Shown here piece after piece: positions 27,701 to 40,355 of a stretch of 64,000 nucleotides of DNA; the first letter of the stretch is position 1, and every line of letters starts with the position of its first letter. A program made the position numbers and the translations under genes. The DNA lies in assembly GCA_051362555.1 (NCBI GenBank), contig CM120642.1:32922001-32986000 (forward strand), written 5' to 3'. This stretch comes from Lingula anatina (taxonomy: Eukaryota; Animalia; Brachiopoda). The notes under the pieces were generated by a model that worked only from the letters and a program-made list of their open reading frames with translations, was not told where the DNA came from and ran no database searches.

Positions 27701-28797
27701 TTCAATTTCAGTTTATTCGTCAAGATCTTCCTAAAATATATTCTATACCGAATCCACACATCTAGACTTTATATTAAAAAAATAAAAATGTGCAAAAACG
27801 AATTTAACAAAAAATTGACCAGTCCCAGAGGTTGATCGAAGAATCCATTTCAATGTGTTAAGCAAAACAGAGATAGGTTAGTGAATCTTCTAGAAAGAAC
27901 ACCTTATGCCTTAGAGCAGTAAAGACGTTTTTATTGTTTATTAATTTTCAAAACATTGTCCAACATTTGGAGTATAAAGTTTAATGTTCAATAGACGCTT
28001 TTGCGACCTTTTTCCTTTTTTCAAGCAACTGTTAATAAGATATTGTTTATATTATCAGGATTGGGCGTTTGTCCAGGCGTTGCTAAGAAAGACGGGTCAA
28101 AATAGCACGCTGTTTAGGGCAAAGAAGCTCGACATCAACAAAGTATCAATAACACAAGCAGAATTCTGTGAGAAGGAAATACTGAATGTTTATGTTGGAA
28201 CTATAGATGAAGTGAGAGACCAAAGTGCTGGAGCAGCGAGGTTCTTTTATTGGGTAGGTATTTTATTTTTGTGGGAAATCATTATTGGAGGTACAGATTA
28301 GGTTTCACATTTTAAAGAGACAGAAAGTACGATTTAAAACTTTTTACTTACATACGCCACTTCTTATTATAAGAAATAAACTTTTCATTTATCCACAGAA
28401 GAATTTTAAAAAAACCAACACTAACGCCCGTGTTAAGAAATATTTAAAACTTCCCCACAATACAGAGTTATGACGAATCACAGGAAGGAGGGTCAAAGGT
28501 TGGTTACCCTAGGAAAATAAGTAAAACGTGAATTTTCCGCGAGAATTTTTTCCACTGTGCACTGGATGGTATGTATTAAAACGACTACATGACAACGCAC
28601 ATCTTCTGTTTATCAAATTAATTTACCTGTACCCCATAAAATCTAGTCAATTATTAACCATGTACATCTAAAACAATCTTTGTGGCAAAATATGATTTAT
28701 TCCAAAGAAAATGTATTGAAACTATCGGTATGATATTTTTTATTTGCAGGCAAGAGAAGTGATCCATGACGTCAAAGACTTAAAGCAAAAAGAGTGA
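20294..28797 (+). CDS. Hillarin/KY-like protein copy B (~1519 aa), inverted paralogue of copy A with the same architecture; 11 coding exons
   Basis: Exons 20294-20401, 20645-20761, 21525-21748, 22101-24093, 24836-25111, 25245-25351, 25596-26620, 26797-26982, 27257-27537, 28059-28253, 28750-28797 sum to 4560 nt in frame. Intron positions and phases match copy A. Confidence 0.9.
24262..24610. mobile_element. MITE-like element in intron 4 of copy B
   Basis: Imperfect inverted ends ggattctcggtaaattgc / gcactttagcgagaagcc flanked by CTG and CAG; a similar end (gcaatttagcgagaaacc) occurs near 44442-44460. Confidence 0.5.
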
Positions 28798-29322
28798 CTT
28801 AAGGCGACTTCAGAGAAGAAGATTGGAAGTTAAGATTGGATGTAGAATAATTTGAATGAAACTAAATCTGATAATCTTTTAATGAAGAATTTATTCTAAA
28901 TTTTTTACACCAGTCTTATATCGGCCATTAAGTGCTCTTTTGTAATATATATTCATAAGTCTAACGAACATATGTCAAATCCAAAAGCTTCTGGATTATG
29001 TATAAAAGCTTATAGTAAAACCTTCCAAATCCCGAAATTTACTCATTTTAATTGCTCTCTTTGCTGAGCCAGTTGTAAGCTGTATTAACGTGTTTAATTA
29101 CATCTGATGGTCTTTTGATTTGGAATCAATCAATTTGCCAAAGATAGCGTTAACATGAGGATGAGGTTTGGCATTTCAAAATATACTACGTTTCTGTCAA
29201 CGAAGTGCGCAACTCTTCATCAGTATTCTATGTACAATGTGACAAACGCAATATAGTTACTACAAGGCACTGCATTAATAGCTGGTAGTAATCGGCTGAA
29301 GGAAAATAATTAAAAAGTGATG

Positions 29323-32300
29323 TCAACGGAATATTATCCACAATACCGCAAGCACCACGCAGGCAACCCCTGCATTGATGTTTAGCAGCATCCTGAGTTT
29401 CCTAGGCTCATTTAGTTCGTTCTGGCTGGGACCGGAGCCCACAGGTTCCTCGACTGAGTGGTCATTTTTGGGGACTCCACATATCAAATGTAGACAGCGC
29501 TGTCTTATACTTTGCTCACTGCTGTCGTCTTCCGTGCTGTCTTTGTTAGTGTCGCCACCTACTAGGATTACTGTATATTAAATCATGAAATGGTAAAATG
29601 ACACGCGGATTGGAATGACGACTATTGACGGGGTGAAACTTTTTTAAATGTCGTCTTCCATTACAGTTAGGCTGCACGGAATACCAAACAACATATCATT
29701 ATCATTTGTCATTAATGGGCTGAAATGCGTTTAAAATATGCATTACCACTTTGAAAAAAATTACATCAAAAATGCTCTTACGCATCGCCTCACCACCAGA
29801 ACAACTATTATATTTCAGCGTCTTGTCGACAAATAAATCAAGATTAGTAAGTGATTGTCATCATGCAATAATAAAAAAGAATCATATTAACCTGAGATTT
29901 TTCCTCTTGTCTTGATTTCGGGTAAAGTTACGTCACCATTATCGTCAGCGTCCCTGGCTTCATAGGCAACGGTATCATACTGCTGGCGGTCTGGTGACGG
30001 AACTTGTCTTTTAACTGGCGTTTCTTTTCTTGTCCACCACGTTAGGCCGGCAAGCTTTAAATGTAAGATTTAGCCCGTAGTCAAGAATCGGTTGGTCACA
30101 TATTTTGGATTTCAATTTGAAAGAAATATATTTTGCGTTTACCTTCCTTAAAAAATAAACAGGTTATTTTGATGTATATGTGCATATACTGATTTTTCAA
30201 TGCATGTGAAAAAGGCAACGTGGCGTACTTTTGCATACATGTACTGTAATTGACTATCTATAAATATTAGCTAACACCATTCTAACAGCCTAAGTGGTGA
30301 ATTGTCCTTTTTCCATCAAAGTGCTCAAATCAGATGTACATTAGCTCTTTCTCAATACTATAGATGTATAAAGTTTACCTCTTTTTGGTCGACAGGACGT
30401 GTCACCAGGCTCACAATCACTGTCACCCCGGTGGTAATAATGATCAGTATCATACCAAAGTACGTGTAGTGAACTTTGTATAAGATGGCGGGCCTTGTCT
30501 CCTCCTCCCCGCACTGTGGGGCAGACAGACTGAAATCCATTGCCATCCGTATAATGCCACATATATGCCCAGATAGTATTCCACAAAAGGCACCCTACGA
30601 ATATTAGTATGGCATTGGTGGATATAAGTGAACCACGGAATTTCTCTTATATATATATATAAGTGGACCACGGAATTGCTCTTTTGTTTGATTGGTAAGT
30701 GATGCACAGTACCGTGTTCAATCAATATATTAAATGCAATAGTAACAGTTACATGTAATTTTAAAACGCTTTTTTATGAAATTTCCAAATAACCTTTTTT
30801 AAATATATTGAGAACAAACCCTCTAAAATCTGATTCAAATTTCCATTTCCCTCAATGAAATTAGAATCTTAAATTACCTTTTCGGTCATCCTCTTCCAAA
30901 ATATCGCTAAGAGAAACAGAGCGCTGATTGGTGTTCCCAGATATCCCTGCACTGCCTGTATGTAGTTGAAGAGGGTCCCTCCTTGTGAAGACTGGACAAG
31001 AGGTATCCACAATATACTAACACCGCACAGGACAACAATGAACACCCTGAGTAGAATTTAGAATAAAAAAAAACGTTTGGGCAATGATGTCAAGAAATAC
31101 GCTTATTCCAGAATAATTATCCAAATTTTTAGAAAAAAATAGATTTAAAATATTTCAGTGTACATCTGTTGGTTCTAATTGTATCTCCGACTCTACAGAT
31201 CTTTTCTCACCTTCCGACTATCAAAAGTTCTCTCTCATGAGCCAAAGGTCGTAAACGCCTCCACAGGTCCATGGTAAAGAGGGCGCTCGCACTATTGAAC
31301 ACCGACGTCAAAGAACTCATTATGGCGGACAGCATTACAGCCAATAGAAGCCCTTTCATACCTTTGAAACAAACATGAAATGATTATTTTAAAGAAGTTT
31401 AATTTAGACATAACGAGAGGTAATATAGTAGTCTCACGCAAAAGTGGACCGAGCGAAAAATATAACCAAACAGAGGTACAAACGAACAGAAAAACAAACA
31501 AGCTTTATGTGTTTCCTATAATGACTGCAGTTTTCCAATTAGTTGTTCACCATAAACACTTTGTATACCTAACTAAAGTAAACTATTTACAGGCAATGGT
31601 CATACTTGTAGTTCTTTAGCAAAATTATTAAATCCCAGTACATATAATTATTAGCTTTACGGGAGTGCTCTAACTTACCGGTAGGCAGCAAGGTTAGCAC
31701 CAGTTTTGGGTAGGCAATGTTGGAGCACCCAATTCGGTTTCCACAGTATCTCAGACATTCATCTGGATCTACGCATGCTACTTCGTCTGAAGCAAAAACA
31801 AATTAAAACGTGTATTGTTAACAGTCCCTGTGTTATATATATGAACCACATATACTGGTTTCAACAAACTGAAACAAATTTTAGACCAAACAGGATCACA
31901 GAAAGTTTTGTTCTCTCTTAACTGGCAGACCCAGAAAATTTCTACAGACCCGAAGTCATTTACATCGAAAAAGCAAGTCAGACTTTGTAAACTTACGTCG
32001 TATATACCCCAGTACGACAAAAAAGTCGACATACTAGCAAACCTCGTTTTGAATAGAAAGACTGAACAAGATACAAATTGGTTCTCATAATGGAAAATAA
32101 TATGCTAGCATTCAGGTACACACGCCCGTTCATATGAAGCAGTAAACCTTTTCAAATAACTTCTTCCGATACTTGCAAGGAATTGGGTTTTTATACAGTC
32201 AGCATCGAGCAGTTTTGAAGCATCGTAAAGAATGAAGAAATCCTCACCAGGGAACAGTGCCCGGGACATCATGCCAGGTATTAAGATGAGGAAAAGAGGC

Positions 32301-35300
32301 AGTATTTTCAGGTACGAGGACAGTATGGCGCCGCCTTTAGCGTGGGAAATGTTCCTGGCAGCCAACACCCTCTGTACCATAACCTGTACAAATACATGCC
32401 GTATTTAGATAGATTATATTATCTTTATAAATCGTAATAAATTATAATCAAAACTACATTAACACGTAGCAACAACAGATAATGATACAAAAGATAATAT
32501 TCTCCCTATAAATCGAAATCGAAACTGTGTTCAGATGAGTGTGTAACGTTAGACTGGTCCATGACATAAACTTTTTACCTGATATAATCATACATTAATG
32601 TAGGGGAGGGGGTTACAAAATAATTTCCAAAATAATTTCACAGGATATTTAGAAAACTTTTCATTCACTTAAAGCGTTATATGTATGTGTGTGTGTCGGA
32701 TAAATGTTACTTTTGAGGTACGTACGTGAATTTAAAATGTACATCGAGTTATTTTCCTGCGCCAAGAAACATGCCACACGCGAAATGTTAAACGTACAAA
32801 AATCTCTGTTATTTATCAATTCAATTGCTAGACGCTGTGCTGTACTCACACCGTTTAATCCTTATGATAAAGATCTACTTCTAATAGATATATCAAAAGT
32901 AAGTATTGAATACAGATCCACTCATTCGCCAACGTACCTGATCTGCGCTAAAATACCACAACACCCCCAGTGTAGACTGTACTATTAATCCGGGCCAAGG
33001 ATTATCGGATTGCACCGGATCACGGAATAAATGGAACGCGTCGTCCCTAGGTTGACCACAACTGCTGTTTCCGTCTCGCACGGTAGGTGTGGCGTTCATG
33101 TAGAGGATTACGAGCTCCTGGTACCCTCCTATGCGGCCAAAACCTGGAACAAACAATACAAGTGCATTTGCTAGTGAAATGACAGACGGCTGGATAACGC
33201 TATTTTAAAAGGCTTTGGGGACAAAGTTTATGGTCTTATTTGAATTCATTTGCACTTTGAAAGAAGCGTTTCATAAATATATCTAATTATGGTAGTTTTT
33301 TATTGTGTTTTCGTTTTAAAAAATACCATTTTTGTTGGTTCAGGTTAATTTAATATTGCTGCGAAAAAAGGAAATAGAATAATTATTTAAAAACAGCTTA
33401 TCAAAGGTTATTTATATTAGGACAAACATCCTATAGCCATGTAAACAAGGCCTTGGCCTTTCAGATAATCATTGTACTGACCTAGAACTGTAAGCGACAC
33501 AGATCCAACCAGCATGATGGCTGTCTGCAGAGTATCTGTATATATCACTGCTGTTAGTCCCCCTAGTACAGTGTACGCACCTGTCACAGTCAGTAACACA
33601 GCAATAGACAGATACATGTTCCAACCCAGTGCAAGACCGATGAACAAGGCACCGGCGTATATTGATACCTAGCATAAAAAATATTGAAGCGTCGCATTAC
33701 AATTATAGACTCTGTGTACAAAAATGCTGCCGTGTTTTATATGAGTTATTCAATAAAAATTATAAGCTACACAAATTGTTTTTAAGGATTCTGTTTGAAC
33801 ACTGGCTCGGCACAAAATCGTAGACTATCTGAAACACCAAAAGGTTTATGCAAACATAATCGTCGCCGGTCTGCTACAATCACTTTACGCTAACCATTTA
33901 GTAGACTCAATAAGTATTATTTTTTATATTTAAGGAAGGGACTAAAATTCACACTTACCGCAATTTTGGTGAAGATGTATAGCACCAGCGCTAATACACT
34001 GAGATATATACGGAGACGCTGGTTGCTGAATCTCTTCTCCATATACTCCGGCATTGTAAATACCTGCAGGACAGAGCACAGCGTCTCAACCTACTCACTA
34101 TCACCCCGAGTTTCAGAGAAAGGACAAGAAAGAAGATGCGAAGAACTAGTGATTTAAATCTGTTTCCATGTGGCGCTGAATTTCTGGGTGTGTCTGTGAT
34201 CTTCGTGCTTACTAAATGAAGTCGGCCATAGCTATGTTTGTTTTATCCCTTGATTATGGAATTGAAAACCCTGAAGGGGTCCGGGTTATGAGGAATAAAA
34301 ATATGTGCACAATGCCAAACAATGCAAAAAAAAAATCATTAAGGTGGTTGATCTTCCATGTAGACTTGGCAAAGTTATCTCTATTTTCAATATAAAGGGG
34401 GGTAGTTTGAGACTGTGCTATTTCAAATGAGAATATTTACCCCCGATGCAACATATATTGGATAAAATATCCACGACAGTATAATGAGATTCGGGATCGC
34501 CTGTAAAATGAATAAAAACATTTTACTTTGATAATACACACACGCATTGATTAGTGTTTTAGTGCGACCGAATCCACAACTTAGTTTTACTTGTCTGGCC
34601 TTCAAATTTAACAACAACTCTCAAAAATCAATTAAATTCATTTAATTGCGTAAAAATCCATCTCATTAAATGGATATTTATCTGCATAGAAGAACAGGGT
34701 GCCAACTTGCCCACCCTAGGTCCTAGTTGGTCCACCCGACATCTGATGCGTTTTTTTTTTTTTTTTCAGATTATGAGCCATGTGACAATACATTTACAAA
34801 TCACTTTGAAGTCGCACCTTTCTTGGTGCTTGTTCTAATGCCGGTTTTGCAATTCTAACATATCCTAACTTGGGTCCACAACCAAGAGCGGCCTAACTCA
34901 TTCTGAACGGCCTCTAAGATATTCTTACGTTAAGTTCATACATGCTGATAGCTATCCCAGACGCAGCGCCCGCGCCGGCCAGTCCGATGAAATGTTCACT
35001 GCCAATATTACTGGCAAACAGGCTGGCACCAACCTGGATAGAAAGAAAACCATATTTAATTACTACATATATTTCAAAGACATAGCTAAGACAAGAGGGT
35101 CAACTTTAAAGCCGTATTTATGTGAAAGCAGAAGAGAAAGAAATAGGAAAATGGCCACATTAAAAGCTGGGTTCATACCTGTTATCTTATTCAGAGGTAT
35201 TTAGATAAGATACCAGTACCTGTAATTACATTAGGAGCTCTACTCACCGGCCACCACGCCATGTCTCTGCCTGCAAGAAAGTATCCCTTCACATTCCCCG

Positions 35301-35458
35301 TGGACGGCCTGCATATTGACTGAAAAGAGGATTTGATTGGCAATTTTCCCTCACACATGCACGTGTTTGTTAGTTAGTAAAAGCACGCATTGGTTTATCT
35401 CTGATTTCTCTACAGCTCACACAATGAATTGTGTCTCAATACAAATGCTCTCTCTCTT

Positions 35459-35555
<97 letters not shown>

Positions 35556-35645
35556 TCTCACCCATATCCCAACTGCTAACACGAAGACAAAGTATGCAAC
35601 CACCGCCAAGATGTCACCCCAGTGTGTCAGTCCCATGCCCTCCAT
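29323..35645 (-). CDS. SLC5-family sodium/glucose (or myo-inositol) cotransporter, 14 coding exons, ~669 aa
   Basis: Exons 35562-35645, 35248-35319, 34929-35033, 34441-34500, 33959-34063, 33482-33668, 32938-33143, 32248-32383, 31679-31786, 31211-31361, 30878-31046, 30379-30594, 29892-30054, 29323-29570 sum to 2010 nt. Motifs: [99 protein letters not shown]. Confidence 0.95.
35447..35552. repeat. Compound (CT)n(CA)n microsatellite in SLC5 intron 1; a further (CA)n lies at 35843-35885
   Basis: Direct read. Confidence 0.95.
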
Positions 35646-35839
35646 CCTGGATGATACCCACTGTACAAAGGGTAGACCGGGGTAAGGTGGCCCAGTTACA
35701 CATATTTGGATGTGTAGACCCAACCGAGAATAAGGGCCCTTTCCCAGTGAAACTATCGTTCAACGTAGATCTATCCAACTCCACGTGGTCTCTGGCTAAA
35801 TGCAATCATATATATTTACGTACTTGTATAAACGCACAC

Positions 35840-35888
<49 letters not shown>

Positions 35889-37916
35889 TTTTTGGAATTT
35901 TATCCCTGCCCAACCTCACCAACGCATCCACCTATGATCTTACTTTTCCGAAGACAATTTTATTTGATTACATATGGTCATGACAATATTTTCCATAAAA
36001 TAAAAATAACAAGGTAAATTAAGAAGAATTAACAAAGGATCCTATGTAATCTTCATACACGCTGATTGCCTCAGTTTGTTTCAAAGGGGTGCTTGTAGCA
36101 CATGGCTTACTTAGGTCAAAATTGTATCCAAACCTGACTGAACTACTTCAATTTGTATCTGGCTTTGATATGATGATATGGGTTTATCATTTTAACTGTC
36201 GAGTCCAATGTTTACATTCTGTATACGCCGTACGGATCATACTGGTAGAGATAATCACCTGATCCTAACATCTCCTCGTTCTTCACTCACGTGTGGGGGA
36301 TTTTTCAGTGCGTCTCAAGGGTACTGGCGTTTTAAGGTAAATTTTAAATCATTTATATTAATAACATGATTCTACTACAATAACAATATCTGAACCGGTC
36401 TATGGAAGCGCCTTTATTTAAACGTTACAGGAGATTATTAACGTACATAAGCACCTGTGTCAGTCACAGTTAACAGGACGCGATCGAAACCTTCTTTACC
36501 GGAACGCTAACTAAAAATAATGTCAATGTTAAAACATTTCTTGTCCTTCTGGGGCTCCGTCACCAAATTGCCTTATGCATATTCGGTAGGGGGATGAGGG
36601 TCTAAGAGCGGTGGGAGGGGGCCGAAATGATGCGATCGATCTTTATGGCGGATGTGAGGTCGTATCTTTACATACCGGTACATCGGTAGATCGGCATGGG
36701 TCTTATTGAATACCAGATCTTTTTTATGGATATTTTAATACCACCCGCAACTCGCACAGAAATACTGGTAGTCCATAAGTCTGTCAACTTTTAACTAAAC
36801 TTAAAGTTGGACATTGCCTAAAAAAGACTTTTTGTGCCATGTACTGGTAGGCCATTTATGTAATTTAATATACATTGTATGCAAAATAAAATAACTTTAG
36901 CGCAACTACAAGAGGTTTCCAAAAAAACATAACTCATAATTTTTCTGAGTACCTTTATTGAATAGGATACCGGTAGGACAAATATGATTAACAATCAAAT
37001 ATCAAAAATATTTCTCAAAAGTGACACGTTAACAAGTGAAAATACCTTACATCTTCAGCATAAAATCAAAACTGAGGTTGCGTATAGAAATGTCAGCAAA
37101 TGCGTAGAAAAGGGGACTTCCAAAAGAGGTCCATCCCGACACAATAAACATAAACACCAATCTAATTCAAAATAGTACCTTTTAAGTTATCAATGCAATT
37201 ATTATCCTCAAATTAAAGTCCATATGCGGTCCAGAGCCCAGGCATAAGGCTAAGGTGATGGTAGTTTTGTTTTAACACATTAAACGCTACATTACATGTA
37301 TATGGTAGACAATATCACCTCTACTAAGTAAGAAAATGTCAATATACTTATAGCTTGTTCAGTATAACTTCAAGTAGTTCGCATGATTTGCCCAATTTAA
37401 CTATTCTCAGTCCCCATATTAGAATTATACAAGTGCATAATTGAAAATAAGTCACAGTGCACCCCACTTCTTTATAACAAACTGTGTTAAATTTGATTCA
37501 ATTTTGGGTTGCATGATCAGTATATTTTTACATTTACTTTGTTGACACTTTGAATGATATTTCTTATACTTAAAATCATAATAATTACTTAAAATAATTA
37601 CATGGTACAGTAAACTGCATAATATGTGTGAACTAGGGAGCTAGTATACCCCAATCAATTTAGTCTGCAATTTAGTCATGAAAAGAAAAAATTTACTGCT
37701 GATTACTGAATTAATGGAGAACTGATCTTCTGTGATTTGTAAATTTTAAGAAACTAAATATGTAGGTATCATTAACTGTATATGCTTCAACTCGTCAGAA
37801 TTACATGTTCATATACCCCTATTATAGTAATCAATTTATTAGTGAAAGAACTTCTGAATCATTAAATTGATATTATTGCCATGGATCCCTCCATAAATAT
37901 ATGTTTAAAAACAAGT

Positions 37917-38998
37917 CTACTTCTTTTTCTTCCCTTTCTTTTTTCCTTTCTTCTTTCCTTTCCCTCCTTTCTTCCCCTTCTTGCCTTTTTTGCCGTCCTT
38001 CTTTTTCTTCACCTTCTCGGCAGGTATTGAGAAGTCGGGAATGATGGGCACCTCACTGTATTCTTCAATCTCTGGCATGACTCCACCGATGGCATCTTGA
38101 AGGATCTCCATTGTTTCTGTGTCGTATTTAGCAAAGGCCATCGGTGAAAGGCCATCTTTGTTCTTGGCATGTATGTTGACACCAGACAGAATCAGGAGCT
38201 TCACCACTTCAACTTTCCCACCTGAAAAAAAGTATATGAACCACTTTGATGAAAACAAAGTACTTACAGTAGTGGGTGAGAAAAGATTCAGGAAAACTTT
38301 CCTTTATCTGATCATATGGCAATATGTTATTTCCCTAGTTGTATGGACTTTAAAGCCATTTTAAAATTAATGCCAACTTTATCATTACCATTAACACTGT
38401 CAAATCTCTTCACTGATATCATATAATATGCAAACTCAAGCTTTTTAGATTTCAGAAATGAGACACTCTGTCTAGTACATGTAGTTCTAGTAACATTATA
38501 ATACCAGTGGCCCACATAATGTCAAAAAAAAGAGAAAAAACTTAATAGTACATGTATGTATTGGGGTATATACCCCACTCCTGAAAATATATTTTGAACA
38601 ATTTATAAACATTTTATACAAGAACCCATCAACTTTCTAAATTTTTCTTGTACATGTAAAACAACAGGAAAAATAACTCAAAAGATGAAAAATACCCATT
38701 TAAGCTGATTTCCCAATTCACCTATACTGGGTATATGTATATGTATATGTACACTTTCTTACCTGCCGCAGCCAAGTGCAGCGGTGTGACTTGGGCGCCA
38801 TCTATAATATTGACATCAGCTCCAGCTTCTATCAGCAATTTGGCAACTTCAAAGTGACCACCTTCAAATAAATAAAAAACAAAACAATAAACAAATTATA
38901 ATGATAAAAATGCAATGCTCTCAGACTTTACTTTGCTCCACATCTATTACATGCTAGGAGCCCCATCAATCGAAATTGCAGTAATAATAATAATAATA

Positions 38999-39051
<53 letters not shown>

Positions 39052-39452
39052 GCTCTGATAAAGCAGTATCTTGGTACAACTAATAAAATCCAAGGGGACG
39101 TCAAATCTGGTTCCCTTTAATTTGCATTAAATACAATATTTGTCTTCTTCTAGTGCTGCATCTTATTTATTTATATCAGGTCTCCCTTTGGATCATTTCA
39201 GTATACTGCCCACGTCAAGTATAGAGTAGAAATACTGAAGGCTTCAGGTTGAGCGAAAACACTTTCATGTCGGGGGGGGGGGGGGGGGGGGGGGGGTACG
39301 CACGCGTACACTGTTCTCCTACCTTTGGCCGCGTGAGACAGAGCACTGCATCCGACTTCGTCGCGTGCGTTTACATTGGGGAAATTCCTGAGGAGCTTTC
39401 TTGTGGTTCCTATATCCCCTTTCTTTGCAGCCTCCAGAAGTCTGAACTCCAT
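37917..39452 (-). CDS. Small ankyrin-repeat protein with Lys/Gly-rich C-terminal tail, 3 exons, ~177 aa
   Basis: Exons 39323-39452, 38763-38861 (99 nt, one ankyrin repeat) and 37917-38221 sum to 534 nt. Motifs: LLEAAKKGD, SALSHAAKGGHFEVAKLLIEAGADVN, TPLHLAAAGGKVEVVKLLILSGVNIHAKNKDGLSP; tail KKKKDGKKGKKGKKGGKGKKKGKKKGKKKK. Confidence 0.9.
38982..39050. repeat. (TAA)n(TTA)n trinucleotide microsatellite
   Basis: Direct read; lies in intron 1 of the ankyrin gene. Confidence 0.9.
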
Positions 39453-39760
39453 GAGACAGTAAAGCCCCAAGGACGGAAACCCGCGTATATTTGTCTCACG
39501 TCATTCTAAACCTTCATGTTGCCAAGATGGTGTTTGGGTTGGTTGCATATAAATTATGGCCCTTGGAATGAAAAACGTGTAAAAAAATAATATTTAAACT
39601 AAATGTTTTCAAATTTCATATTTTTATAGATTATAAACATTTAAAAAATCAATTATGTTTTAAACAAGTGTTGAAAACAGCATTTTGGGTTTATCCTACT
39701 GAACAAATGCAAACTTGGGAATGCCTAGTTTCATACACATCCTTGTAAGTTTCTACCTCC
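39453..39760. promoter_or_regulatory. Probable bidirectional promoter of the ankyrin gene and the nucleoside hydrolase
   Basis: Divergent ATGs are ~900 bp apart. A hydrolase 5'UTR intron is suggested by a donor (gtaagt, ~39745) and an acceptor (tttttag, 40321-40327). CGGAA (~39474), CACGTCA (~39497) and GTTGCCAAGATGG (39518-39530; X-box half site / YY1-like core) cluster here. Confidence 0.4.
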
Positions 39761-40355
39761 TAATGCCGAAGAAGGAGCGGTGATGACCTCGCCGATTACA
39801 AAACTAAGCACAGATATTTCTGTGGCACGTTGATGCAGCACCTTTTAAGAACATGGACAGTGGCAAAATCGATCTTACCTCTTATTCCGCACAAACCAAA
39901 AAAGAGTGAGTAAAATGAGAGGTAGTATCTGAACCGCCCCTCAGCAATTGGGAAAATATTGTAGCACCTATTTGGCAAGAGGCCACCCTTTTGGGCTACT
40001 CACACAATATTGGCCCTACTTGATTGCTATCTCCACCTGGCTAGTTAGAAAGCCAGTTAAGTTTGGACTGAATGTGTGAGGGGAGGCAACTGCTTTGTCA
40101 CTTAAGTGGAAGTCAGTTTAATTTAGACTTACCCACTTTGATCTTAAAAACTGAGCCAGTACATGTACCTTTTAAAACTGTTTGCTTAATCTTTAAGACC
40201 ACGTCAGTTCAGTTCTGATCTGAAATTGCAGCTTAAAACCATTTCAGACTCACTAGTGACTGTGATTCATGTGAAGAAGTTTTTGTCATAGATAAAACTA
40301 AACGTTATTTCATTCTTCAGTTTTTAGGTTCAGCTCTAGGATCAGTTACAGTAGC

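Noticed and set aside
35337-35842. ORFs with [12 protein letters not shown] runs, and similar ones at 5724-6023 and 7146-7328
   Set aside because: Translations of microsatellites or low-complexity DNA.
38982-39050. (TAA)n(TTA)n hairpin as a functional structure
   Set aside because: Simple intronic microsatellite; self-complementarity is expected from its composition.
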